Below, piece by piece: positions 17,700 through 26,584 of a stretch of DNA of 64,000 nt. The DNA lies in contig CAZJUB010000003.1 of assembly GCA_964549075.1 (NCBI GenBank), positions 1 to 64,000 on the forward strand, given 5' to 3'. A program made the translations under genes and the position numbers. Source of the stretch: an uncultured archaeon. GTDB taxonomy: Archaea > Asgardarchaeota > Heimdallarchaeia > Heimdallarchaeales > Heimdallarchaeaceae. The notes under the pieces were generated by a model. The model was not told the origin of the DNA, made no database searches, and saw only the letters and a program-made list of their open reading frames with translations. Each line of letters begins with the position of its first letter. Position 1 is the stretch's first letter.

Positions 17700-19610
17700 T
17701 TGATGGTCATCGTATTCGCACATATAAACTCTAAATTGATCAAAGGTACCTATTCTTCTGTAAATGGGTTTGAAATTGAAGAAGGTGATGTCTCTGAGAA
17801 ATATGTTTTACCACTTCAAAATAGTTTGAAGGTTTTATTACAACAAAATAACGCCAAATTACAATTTGTCCATTCCATTTTAGGAAGAGATATGAATATA
17901 TTGATGATCTGCAAAAGAATAGATGATATCCTGAAATTTACAATAATCAATAATCCAATTTTTAAAAGTAGATCAGCATATGATTTCATATTTCAGAGAT
18001 TACAGATATTAACACCAAATAATGAATTTGAGTTAAGTAACAATCCTCTAAGCTTCTTGATATCTATAGAAAGGAGCTTCAATGAGCTTGAACCTGATGA
18101 TTATCTGAATTATATGCCTTTACTGTCAAATTATATGTTTGAAATCATATATAGCGATATTAAGGAGAATGATTCTGAGACTAAAAAACAGCTTATCAAT
18201 CAGTATCCTAATACAACATATGCGTATATACATGAACTCTTTCTTGAAGAGAATTCAAGTAATGTTGAAAAAATCTCTAATCTAACTGAAGCTTTCCGTT
18301 TGTGTCCTTTTTCAGAAGAATCATATCAAAATGACTCCAATAAAGAATCAGAATTTGATGAGTGTTTTCGTTTCTATTTTAATATATTAATCCTTGTAAT
18401 GCAATTAGATAAACGTGATATTTTTCCTATTGTTTTTCAATATGTTCTCAATGAAAGAACAAATTTAGTCAGAACCAAATTTGATATGTTTATGAGTATG
18501 CTAGCTGCACATTGGTTCTTGATTGAAGATGCTCAAAAAGCCCTTGTACATACAATACAAGTAAGAAATGATGATCTACAATATCTATCTATTAAATCTC
18601 AGATAAATTACCTGAGGTTAAAGGGAACTATATTTGAAAAACTTGGAAAATATTCCGAGAGTTTGAATGAATATCTCACTTGTGTATCGCTTTTGAATAA
18701 TCTAGAAAATTTGACACCTTCAGCAGCTTTAGCTTATGCTGGTATTGGAAATATAAATAGTATCACTGGGCAATTTACAAAAGCTATAACTGCTTATTCT
18801 TTCGCTGCTTCTTTGTTTGATTATCTTTCATTAAAAAGTCAAAAAATATCCATGTTGAACAATATCCTAACTCTTAGAACTCTAAAAGCAAAGAGCTATC
18901 TCTCTGCTTGTTTAGTAAGTTTAAATAACGAAAGATATAAGGTAGCTGAGGAGTATATAGAAAGAACAATACATGAAATTTCATTACTCTTGATGGAAAC
19001 ACCTCATAAACAAATCTCTGAAACAGTAAAGGAAGTAGTTTCTCTTTTGAATCCATTAGTGCTTAGAAAAGATGTGGAAAAGAACTTGGCTATTAATCTG
19101 GATACAAGCTTCCAATATTTAGATTCATTTTTGAATGTATGTCAAACACTTAAAGAAACTGGAAGAGTAGATGAAGTAATAGTAAAGCAGCTAAAAGAAC
19201 TGGCAATTCCTAGAAAGACAATTGTTAATCAAGTGGTTCTTATTCATAAAGATGGTCGATACATTACTTCCTTTAATTCTGAAGATAAATTATTGGAGAA
19301 AGATAAGAACATGATTTTTGCTGGAGCTATGACAGCAATCCAGATGCTGCTTAAAGAAGTTATACAGAGTGAAGCTATACATACTATAGATGCTGGTGAG
19401 AATCAGATACTTCTTAGAAAAGCTGGTCTTATCCAAATTGTTATTATTGCAAATAAAATTACTGAAGAAATCATTACTGCAGCAGATGAGTTAATTGAGA
19501 ATATAATAAAAGAATATGGCCATATTCTAGACGATTGGGATGGTTCTCTCGTGGAATTGAAAAAAACATCATCTTTGATTAAAGAGTTCATCTATGATAG
19601 AATAAACTAG
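17700..19610 (+). CDS. TPR-like helical protein with C-terminal longin/roadblock-like domain
   Basis: TPR-like LKGTIFEKLGKYSESLNEY and AYAGIGNINSITGQFTKA; C-terminal VVLIHKDGRYI...FAGAMTAIQMLLKE...WDG. Confidence 0.6.
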   Translation: MMVIVFAHINSKLIKGTYSSVNGFEIEEGDVSEKYVLPLQNSLKVLLQQNNAKLQFVHSILGRDMNILMICKRIDDILKFTIINNPIFKSRSAYDFIFQRLQILTPNNEFELSNNPLSFLISIERSFNELEPDDYLNYMPLLSNYMFEIIYSDIKENDSETKKQLINQYPNTTYAYIHELFLEENSSNVEKISNLTEAFRLCPFSEESYQNDSNKESEFDECFRFYFNILILVMQLDKRDIFPIVFQYVLNERTNLVRTKFDMFMSMLAAHWFLIEDAQKALVHTIQVRNDDLQYLSIKSQINYLRLKGTIFEKLGKYSESLNEYLTCVSLLNNLENLTPSAALAYAGIGNINSITGQFTKAITAYSFAASLFDYLSLKSQKISMLNNILTLRTLKAKSYLSACLVSLNNERYKVAEEYIERTIHEISLLLMETPHKQISETVKEVVSLLNPLVLRKDVEKNLAINLDTSFQYLDSFLNVCQTLKETGRVDEVIVKQLKELAIPRKTIVNQVVLIHKDGRYITSFNSEDKLLEKDKNMIFAGAMTAIQMLLKEVIQSEAIHTIDAGENQILLRKAGLIQIVIIANKITEEIITAADELIENIIKEYGHILDDWDGSLVELKKTSSLIKEFIYDRIN

Positions 19611-21169
19611 GGTGTTTTTACCATCTCTCTAGTTACAGAAGATTCTTTTTCTAATACATCAGCTTCGGTTTTATCTCCAACATACACTTGGAATAAATCG
19701 AATGTTGGTGGTGTATCTCCAGAAATCTGAACTTCCACAGTATTTAATTTTCCAGCAACTGGAGGTTCAGCAATCCACGTAAGAATCTTGTTCCCAGTAT
19801 CATCAGTTTGTTCCATTATTTGTGCATTTTCAGGATACTTTTTCACAATAGTGTGATCTCCTGGGATTTTATCAGCTAAAGAAATGAATTCATCAATATC
19901 TCCTCTGATATTTTTGATGACATACATTATAGTATAACCCATTTCTCTTTCAGACGATTTGATGAATTTTGCAAGTTTAAATAAAGTTCTACCATCCTTA
20001 TCTTGAACAACTTTCTTTCCTCTGAAAAGATATGGAAAATAATCTAGGACATATTCCTTATCAACTGTTTGACCTGCGCGAACATTCTTTTGAGCCCATC
20101 TTACATTGATACCTTTCAGCTTAACTTTTTCAACTATACCAGTTGGTGGTAACGCTTCTGGCTTAGTTTTTATTATTGTGAATTCAGGAGGCAAATCATC
20201 AACTATATGCAACTCCTGTAATTGCCTGTTGTGTATATTGAGATATTTCAATCTAGCTACAAACTCCAAACCAGTAAGATTTATGTTCTCGAATGTATTC
20301 AATACAGCTATCACTTCATTTTCCATTATCTCTAAAATTGTTCTATTGATTCTTTTAGAAAGCTGGTAGTTTATTTTCACTTCTTCTTGTGGCAATAGTT
20401 CAGGAATTTCCCAAATTATCTCCAATACCTTATCTTTTTTCTCTTTCTTTGGATCTATTTCTAAATTTTGAATTGATATATTTTCAATTTCAAAACAGTA
20501 AGGCATTTCATCTATAATTTCAACTTCTGTTATTTTATCATCATAGACATTTTTGATTCCTGATGTCAAAGTGACATCTTTCAAAGTTTCTCCAAAACCT
20601 AGAAGATTCTCTTCTTCAGTTGTTTTTACCTCACCATTGGTAAGCTTAAATTGGCTCCTACTTTTAACCTTCTTCGGAACCATATATCTATTGTCATCAA
20701 TTAATTTTTGCAACAATTCTTTTCTAAGATATTCATCTTCAGGCAATTTAGTTACAGTAATCTCATGGCCAATAATCTTGTTGTATTCATTTGTTTCAAA
20801 AGCTTCTTCAAATGTTTCAGTCTCAACCTCTTTAGTTGATGCTATAAGGTCTTCTAAGTCTTCAGCAAGTAACTCTTCTGCTCTTAATAACCTTAGAAGC
20901 AAATTATAATCTGCTGTTACTCCAGTTTCTGTAAGATATTCTTCAATCCACCTAGCAACTCTGGTTTCGTGAGGTGCAAGAATTGTAGACCAAAAATCGT
21001 TTACTGCTTTGACTACTTCTTGTAAATTTTTGCATTCAAGTTCATTGATTAATCCATGAGTATCATAAAAGGATACCATACCACTCATACTTGTCCCAAA
21101 AACATTAGTATAAGGTTCAATTTTGATAAAATATCTAGTGGATCCCCAAATTGTTTTCTGTTCAGCCAT
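19607..21169 (-). CDS. Hypothetical protein with three DUF11-like beta-sandwich repeats and no signal peptide
   Basis: Repeated IIDEMP..W, IVDDLP..W and LADKIP..W patterns. Confidence 0.5.
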   Translation of the reverse strand: MAEQKTIWGSTRYFIKIEPYTNVFGTSMSGMVSFYDTHGLINELECKNLQEVVKAVNDFWSTILAPHETRVARWIEEYLTETGVTADYNLLLRLLRAEELLAEDLEDLIASTKEVETETFEEAFETNEYNKIIGHEITVTKLPEDEYLRKELLQKLIDDNRYMVPKKVKSRSQFKLTNGEVKTTEEENLLGFGETLKDVTLTSGIKNVYDDKITEVEIIDEMPYCFEIENISIQNLEIDPKKEKKDKVLEIIWEIPELLPQEEVKINYQLSKRINRTILEIMENEVIAVLNTFENINLTGLEFVARLKYLNIHNRQLQELHIVDDLPPEFTIIKTKPEALPPTGIVEKVKLKGINVRWAQKNVRAGQTVDKEYVLDYFPYLFRGKKVVQDKDGRTLFKLAKFIKSSEREMGYTIMYVIKNIRGDIDEFISLADKIPGDHTIVKKYPENAQIMEQTDDTGNKILTWIAEPPVAGKLNTVEVQISGDTPPTFDLFQVYVGDKTEADVLEKESSVTREMVKTP

Positions 21170-21170
21170 T

Positions 21171-21776
21171 TTAGTCAATCCTCACTATCTCTTCCATCGA
21201 AATAACTTCATATTCAACGAGGTCTTCTGTAGAAATTTCGATGTCCTCTTTGCTCTTGTTTTTATGATTTAGAACTGTAACAGAATAAGTTCCTTTAGGT
21301 AGATTGTTATGGATATATCTCCTAACTAAAGCGGCGGATTCAAAATATGTACTTGGACTAGCTGGAATAATATCAAGATCACCAAAAATATCCATTTTAT
21401 GTATCTTAATTATCTCTCTATTACTTGGAGAGTGCTTTCTTCTCTCAAAAATTGTTCTTACAGTATCTAAATGAAAACTTGTAAGTTCTTTTTCCATTGA
21501 TAAATTGTAAATCTCTTCTGCCTTAGGTAAATCTTCTAAAAGAAGATATCTACTAATTAATTTACTATAAGCATAAGCAACAATATCGGTTTCTCCCATG
21601 TTTTCCATTGCTTCTGCAACAAAATTCCATAAAATAACAGATTCGACTAGCTTATCTTTTTTTTCGATTTCTATAATATTTCTTTCCATGAATTTCAAGA
21701 AATCATCAGATGTTTTAGTAGACAGAATCTCTCTTCCTTCACGCATTACCTTTTGTACTTTGTCTTCAGTACTCAA
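21171..21776 (-). CDS. Hypothetical protein, helical/TPR-like N-terminus
   Basis: 201-aa ORF tightly coupled to the downstream gene. Confidence 0.6.
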   Translation of the reverse strand: MSTEDKVQKVMREGREILSTKTSDDFLKFMERNIIEIEKKDKLVESVILWNFVAEAMENMGETDIVAYAYSKLISRYLLLEDLPKAEEIYNLSMEKELTSFHLDTVRTIFERRKHSPSNREIIKIHKMDIFGDLDIIPASPSTYFESAALVRRYIHNNLPKGTYSVTVLNHKNKSKEDIEISTEDLVEYEVISMEEIVRID

Positions 21777-21968
21777 ATTGAATCACTTTCCAGATACAAT
21801 AATTTACATTTTTATATTTTAGAACTTCTTATTTAAATTATATCGTAGTATTCACAGAAAAAGTCTGTAATTCTTATGAGATTTTCTAGAATCTCAATAA
21901 ATTTTCTATAAGTTTTCTAATAACATAAGATTCGATAAAGTTAAAAGAATACTATTTTTCTTGTAACT

Positions 21969-23003
21969 ATGGCTGCACAAGATAGAACTACCTATTGTGC
22001 CTTTCACCACGAGAATCCCTCTGATGGTGAGTGTTCAAATTGTGGTTTAAGCATCTGTAATCTTGATCAAAATTATGATCCACAAGCTAATAGATTATGT
22101 CAACTTTGTTTTAATATTACTAAAGCAAAACCTAGAATTAGGTATATACAGATAGGTCTTTGGGTTGTTGTTATAGCTGCTGTAATAGTTATATGGTCTA
22201 CAGTTGAGAATGGGCTGTGGTACGCATTATTACCTCTCCTTCTAATATTAGCTGTTCCATATCTATTAAGACCTTATATTATGAAATTGTATTTCAAGAA
22301 TTTGGAATCAAGAGAGTCAATTCTTCCTGTTCTTCGTTACTTCGAAGCCTCAGGTAATGCTGACCATTTTAAACTTATCTTGAAATTTCTAAAAAACATG
22401 ACAAAGGAAGAAATTACAGCTATGGAAAACAAAATCTATGAATATCTTGTTCCAGCTTTAGCATACAATTATTCGAAACTTCCAGATGATTGGGAAGAAA
22501 ATCTCACATCTAATCTCAAAATTTCAGAAGAAGAATTTGTGCAAATATTAACACAAAAATATAGGAAAACTTTGTTACAAACAGCTGTTCACAGTGCTCA
22601 AGCCAATATCTCGGACTTCATTTTTCTTCTAACTGAAAAAACAAATGATGAAAACCTTATTGCTGATTATATTAAAGAGATTACTTCTCCTGAAATACTG
22701 CAATTGAAGGATGACGAATTAAATTCAATTTATAAAAAAATGTTAGAAGATCTTTATCTTTATGACGAAAAATTCTATGCATATTGTGATAAATTAGGCC
22801 TCGAAAAAGAGAAAGTCTTGATTTCTCAACTCATTGATAGATTTGAACCTCCACCAGTTCCTAAAAACCAATTAGAAGCTGTTATGCCTACTGAACAGCT
22901 GATAGAGAAACGAAAAAAGGAGCAAAAATCTCTAGAAGATGGAGCATCGGAAGAAAATAAGGAAAAAGAAACCCCAGAAATTGAATTCGTGGAAGAACAT
23001 TAA
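21969..23003 (+). CDS. B-box-like zinc finger, two TM helices and a helical domain
   Basis: CAFH...CSNCGLSIC...LCQLC, followed by two hydrophobic segments. Confidence 0.65.
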   Translation: MAAQDRTTYCAFHHENPSDGECSNCGLSICNLDQNYDPQANRLCQLCFNITKAKPRIRYIQIGLWVVVIAAVIVIWSTVENGLWYALLPLLLILAVPYLLRPYIMKLYFKNLESRESILPVLRYFEASGNADHFKLILKFLKNMTKEEITAMENKIYEYLVPALAYNYSKLPDDWEENLTSNLKISEEEFVQILTQKYRKTLLQTAVHSAQANISDFIFLLTEKTNDENLIADYIKEITSPEILQLKDDELNSIYKKMLEDLYLYDEKFYAYCDKLGLEKEKVLISQLIDRFEPPPVPKNQLEAVMPTEQLIEKRKKEQKSLEDGASEENKEKETPEIEFVEEH

Positions 23004-23240
23004 TTTTTTCTTTTCTCTTTTACATAACTTCAGTTCAATTAATATATTATTAATTTTCATTTAATCCGAGAATAACTGATATGATGAAGAATTACAACCT
23101 ATGAATGCATGATTTTCCTAGCTCACGCTGATCTTGTTATTCTCATCATTTTCTTGAATTTGTCAATAATATTCAATAATCCTACAAAAAAAACTAAATA
23201 GGGAAGAAATAATTCTCTTAATGTAGGTTGTTAGGATTCG

Positions 23241-24890
23241 ATGAAATCTTCAACAAAACAACATAGACCATTATACTTAGGATGGAAAATTTCAGGAGTG
23301 TTCTTGTACTTATTAGCTGTAGTTGTAGCTATTATTGGGATCACTTATCTCGTTTGGTCTTTTATACTTATGATACAAAGTTTCTATTCAAGTGAAAATG
23401 TAGGGAAACTTATCCTCTCTTTTATTCTCAATCTTCTTTCTTTATTAGTAGAAATACTGGGAATTTTCTATACTATGATGCTAGTTCAGCATATGGGTTC
23501 AACCTGTATGAAACCACCAATAGCAGATGAAGATGAAGTAAAGATAGAGACGTTGAACCAGATGCCAGATGTTAGTTTTGTAATTCCAATTCGTAACCCA
23601 GATCCATTAGTACTAGAGGAAACATTACTCTCAATATCGCAATTAATTTATCCAAAGGATAGAATATCGGTTTTTCTTGGTGATGATACTAGTGAAGACC
23701 ATTCAAATTTTAAAAAGGTTAGAGCTTTGGCAACAAAATATTCAGCTACAATAGTTTACGAACCATCAAATGTGCATTTTAAAGCAGGAATGCTGAATAT
23801 TGTTTTGAGAGAAGTCAAATCTGATTATTTTGTTCTACTAGATTATGACCATATTGTAGACAAGTCACTAATTATTCGTTTCATGAAAATTTTTGAAAAA
23901 GATCCAGAGCTAGCTTTTGTTCAAGCAAAAGTTAGTTTTAGAAATGTTTTTTCAAAATTACAGGTTTGGGAATCAGTGATGTATGCACAATTTTACGAAG
24001 TATTTCAAAGGTCAAAAACAAAACGAAATACTGTACTAACCAATGGATCAACTGTGTGTTTTCGAAAAGAACTCATTGATGAAATTAGCGGGATCCCTTA
24101 TGATACTTTAACAGAGGATGTAGATGTTTCTGTGAGTCTTCTGATAAAAGGATATAAAACTATTTTATTGGATAGTTACGGAAGTTTTGGATTGATTCCA
24201 GCGACCTTCTCTCTTCTACTCTCTCAAATTCTTAGATGGGCTAAGGGTAGTATGCAAGTATTGAAAAAAAGATGGCTTAAAATTCTAAAATCTAAGCTTC
24301 CTCTTACTGATAGGATTGATCTCTTGTTTAGCACTTCCTTATTCCTAATTGCTGCATCTGTTTATCTTAACGTACTATTTTATGTTATTATGTATCTTAC
24401 AAAAAGCCCAGTAATTAGAGTCACTGCTGGAAGTTTTCCTCCTCTTATTATTATGCCGATAGCTTTCGCATTTTCTTATCAAATATCGGGGATAATTTCT
24501 GTTTTGTTTGCTAGAAAAAGTGGTATTAAAAGTATGAAACCATTTGATTTAATATACTTCCTTATTTTAGCACTTGTTCTAAATCCTTTCACTGTTTATG
24601 CAGTTTTTAAATCTATTTTCTTAAGAAGAATTCCAATTAGAGGTAAAGATGAGTGGAATGAGAAGGTCTCATATCTTTTTATCTCCTTTATTATTTCTTT
24701 ATTGGGAGGAGGTTTAGTAGTGATAACAGTGCTGGATTTGATTAGCTCTGGAGTTGGAGGTTCATTCTGGTTGGTTTTAGGTTTACTAGGACTTTCTATG
24801 GTAGCTACTTTTCCAGTATGTTTGTATCTACATCTTACAACAAAACACAACAAACCTTATTTTGTTAAAGAAAATAATGCATATCATTGA
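23241..24890 (+). CDS. Processive GT2 glycosyltransferase, cellulose-synthase-like
   Basis: DD, KAG, DYD, TED and QILRW motifs; two N-terminal and several C-terminal TM helices. Confidence 0.9.
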   Translation: MKSSTKQHRPLYLGWKISGVFLYLLAVVVAIIGITYLVWSFILMIQSFYSSENVGKLILSFILNLLSLLVEILGIFYTMMLVQHMGSTCMKPPIADEDEVKIETLNQMPDVSFVIPIRNPDPLVLEETLLSISQLIYPKDRISVFLGDDTSEDHSNFKKVRALATKYSATIVYEPSNVHFKAGMLNIVLREVKSDYFVLLDYDHIVDKSLIIRFMKIFEKDPELAFVQAKVSFRNVFSKLQVWESVMYAQFYEVFQRSKTKRNTVLTNGSTVCFRKELIDEISGIPYDTLTEDVDVSVSLLIKGYKTILLDSYGSFGLIPATFSLLLSQILRWAKGSMQVLKKRWLKILKSKLPLTDRIDLLFSTSLFLIAASVYLNVLFYVIMYLTKSPVIRVTAGSFPPLIIMPIAFAFSYQISGIISVLFARKSGIKSMKPFDLIYFLILALVLNPFTVYAVFKSIFLRRIPIRGKDEWNEKVSYLFISFIISLLGGGLVVITVLDLISSGVGGSFWLVLGLLGLSMVATFPVCLYLHLTTKHNKPYFVKENNAYH

Positions 24891-26584
24891 GCGGACCAAT
24901 AATGCAATGGAAAAGGAATCTTTGGTATAGTCTGACTCTCCTCTTATTGTTGTTTTTAACGTTCTATATCGGATATAGTAGCTATGTTATTGTAAAACAG
25001 TTGTCACCTTATCTTCCTAATTGGAAGGCTATTCTTGGTCTAATTCTTAATTTTCTGATATTGTTACTTGAACTTTTGTCTACATTCTACTCCATATTTA
25101 TCTACTACTTCATTGGTTCTTCTTCAACCTATCGAATATCAAAAGATATGAATAATAAATATCTATCAAGTACACCTCTTCCTAACGTTATAATAGCAAT
25201 CCCTCTCTACAAAGAACCTCTCACTGTTGTTTCCAAGACAATTGAAGGTGCATTAAAAATCGATTATCCTGCAGATAGATATGAAGTGATAGTCTGTGAT
25301 GACAGTCCGGAAGAACTCTCTCATGATATAATGCATTTTTGTGAAGAAAAAAATATCCGTTTTATTCATAGAGATACTAGAAAAGGATTCAAAGCAGGTG
25401 CTCTAAATAACGTTCTTCAACAAGTTCAATGTGATTTTTTCAGTGTTCTTGATTCTGATCACATCCCTACACCCAATTTCATTAAAACATGTTTATCTGG
25501 ATTTACTGAAGATGATGTAGTCTTAGTTCAAGGAAAACCAATGTTTGTTAATCAAGAAGATTACTTGATGAGAAGTAGTTCCTTTATCCACACACAATTC
25601 TTTCATGTGTATCAGAAAAGTAGAGGAACTCGAGGTGGAGTTATATTTGCAGGAACAACAGGAATGTTTAGAACAGATTTACTTAAAGATTTTGGAGGAT
25701 TTTTAGAAGATACACTTGCAGAAGATTCTGATACTTCATTTATGTTGTTAAGTCAAGGATATAAAACAAAGTATATTCATGAAATTTGTTCTCATGGTTT
25801 GGTTCCTTGGAATCCTATAAGTATGATAAATCAAGTGTGGAGATGGACTAATGGTATAACTTCAATCTTCAGAAAAAGATTCTTTAAAATTCTTAGGGGT
25901 CATAATTCATTTATAAATAAAATTGATATAACTTCTACAATTCTTACTCCGATAATTGGAGTTACTATGTGGTTTGTTTACCTTTTACTTTTTGTTATGT
26001 ATATGCTTAGTACAGAAACTCTGGGAGGAATTCCTGAATTTCAATTTATTAGACCAGATTTAGGATCAGTACCTTGGATACTTTTTGCACCTCTTCTTAT
26101 CTCTTTTGCTAGTCTAATTATGGCATTTGTTTCTTGGATTCGAGAAAGTAAAGAAGACAGAATGATCAAATTAAGAGGATTATTTGGAATGACTTGGACT
26201 ATCGGTGTTTTTTATCTTTTAATGATGACAGCACAATCATTCTTGGTTTGGGCAGTTTTAAGTGCTTTACTCGGCGTAAGAAAGGATTTTGATCGTACAA
26301 TAAAGGAGAAAACAAAGACTTTAGGAAGGATGAGTAAAAAGATCAAATATGCTATCTGGTCATTCGTGCTCTTTTTAATATCAGGAGCATATTTCTATGC
26401 AAGTTATCATACATTCTTTGTTTCAGGAAGTTTCCTATTTGGATGGTTTATAATTGCAGCTATTACAACTTTAATACCTATCATCATTACACTTACCCAT
26501 TTTAAAAAACTTGATATCATGAGAGAGATTGCTGCAACTAAAACAGCTGCAGATGTTGAATCAGAATCAGAGGGGATAAACTAG
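24887..26584 (+). CDS. Second processive GT2 glycosyltransferase, cellulose-synthase-like
   Basis: YKEP, DDS, GFKAGALN, DSD, AED and QVWRW motifs; same topology as the first; 4-bp overlap. Confidence 0.9.
   Translation: MSGPIMQWKRNLWYSLTLLLLLFLTFYIGYSSYVIVKQLSPYLPNWKAILGLILNFLILLLELLSTFYSIFIYYFIGSSSTYRISKDMNNKYLSSTPLPNVIIAIPLYKEPLTVVSKTIEGALKIDYPADRYEVIVCDDSPEELSHDIMHFCEEKNIRFIHRDTRKGFKAGALNNVLQQVQCDFFSVLDSDHIPTPNFIKTCLSGFTEDDVVLVQGKPMFVNQEDYLMRSSSFIHTQFFHVYQKSRGTRGGVIFAGTTGMFRTDLLKDFGGFLEDTLAEDSDTSFMLLSQGYKTKYIHEICSHGLVPWNPISMINQVWRWTNGITSIFRKRFFKILRGHNSFINKIDITSTILTPIIGVTMWFVYLLLFVMYMLSTETLGGIPEFQFIRPDLGSVPWILFAPLLISFASLIMAFVSWIRESKEDRMIKLRGLFGMTWTIGVFYLLMMTAQSFLVWAVLSALLGVRKDFDRTIKEKTKTLGRMSKKIKYAIWSFVLFLISGAYFYASYHTFFVSGSFLFGWFIIAAITTLIPIIITLTHFKKLDIMREIAATKTAADVESESEGIN

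Noticed and set aside
17603-17743. ORF-track N-terminal extension of the geranylgeranyl reductase
   Set aside because: Overlaps the divergent gene; the FAD motif begins right after the ATG at 17602.
21872-21930. Inverted repeats (TGAGATT/AATCTCA, TCTTATG/CATAAGA) and TTTTCTA direct repeats in a divergent intergenic region
   Set aside because: Short and very AT-rich; cannot be distinguished from chance without comparative data.
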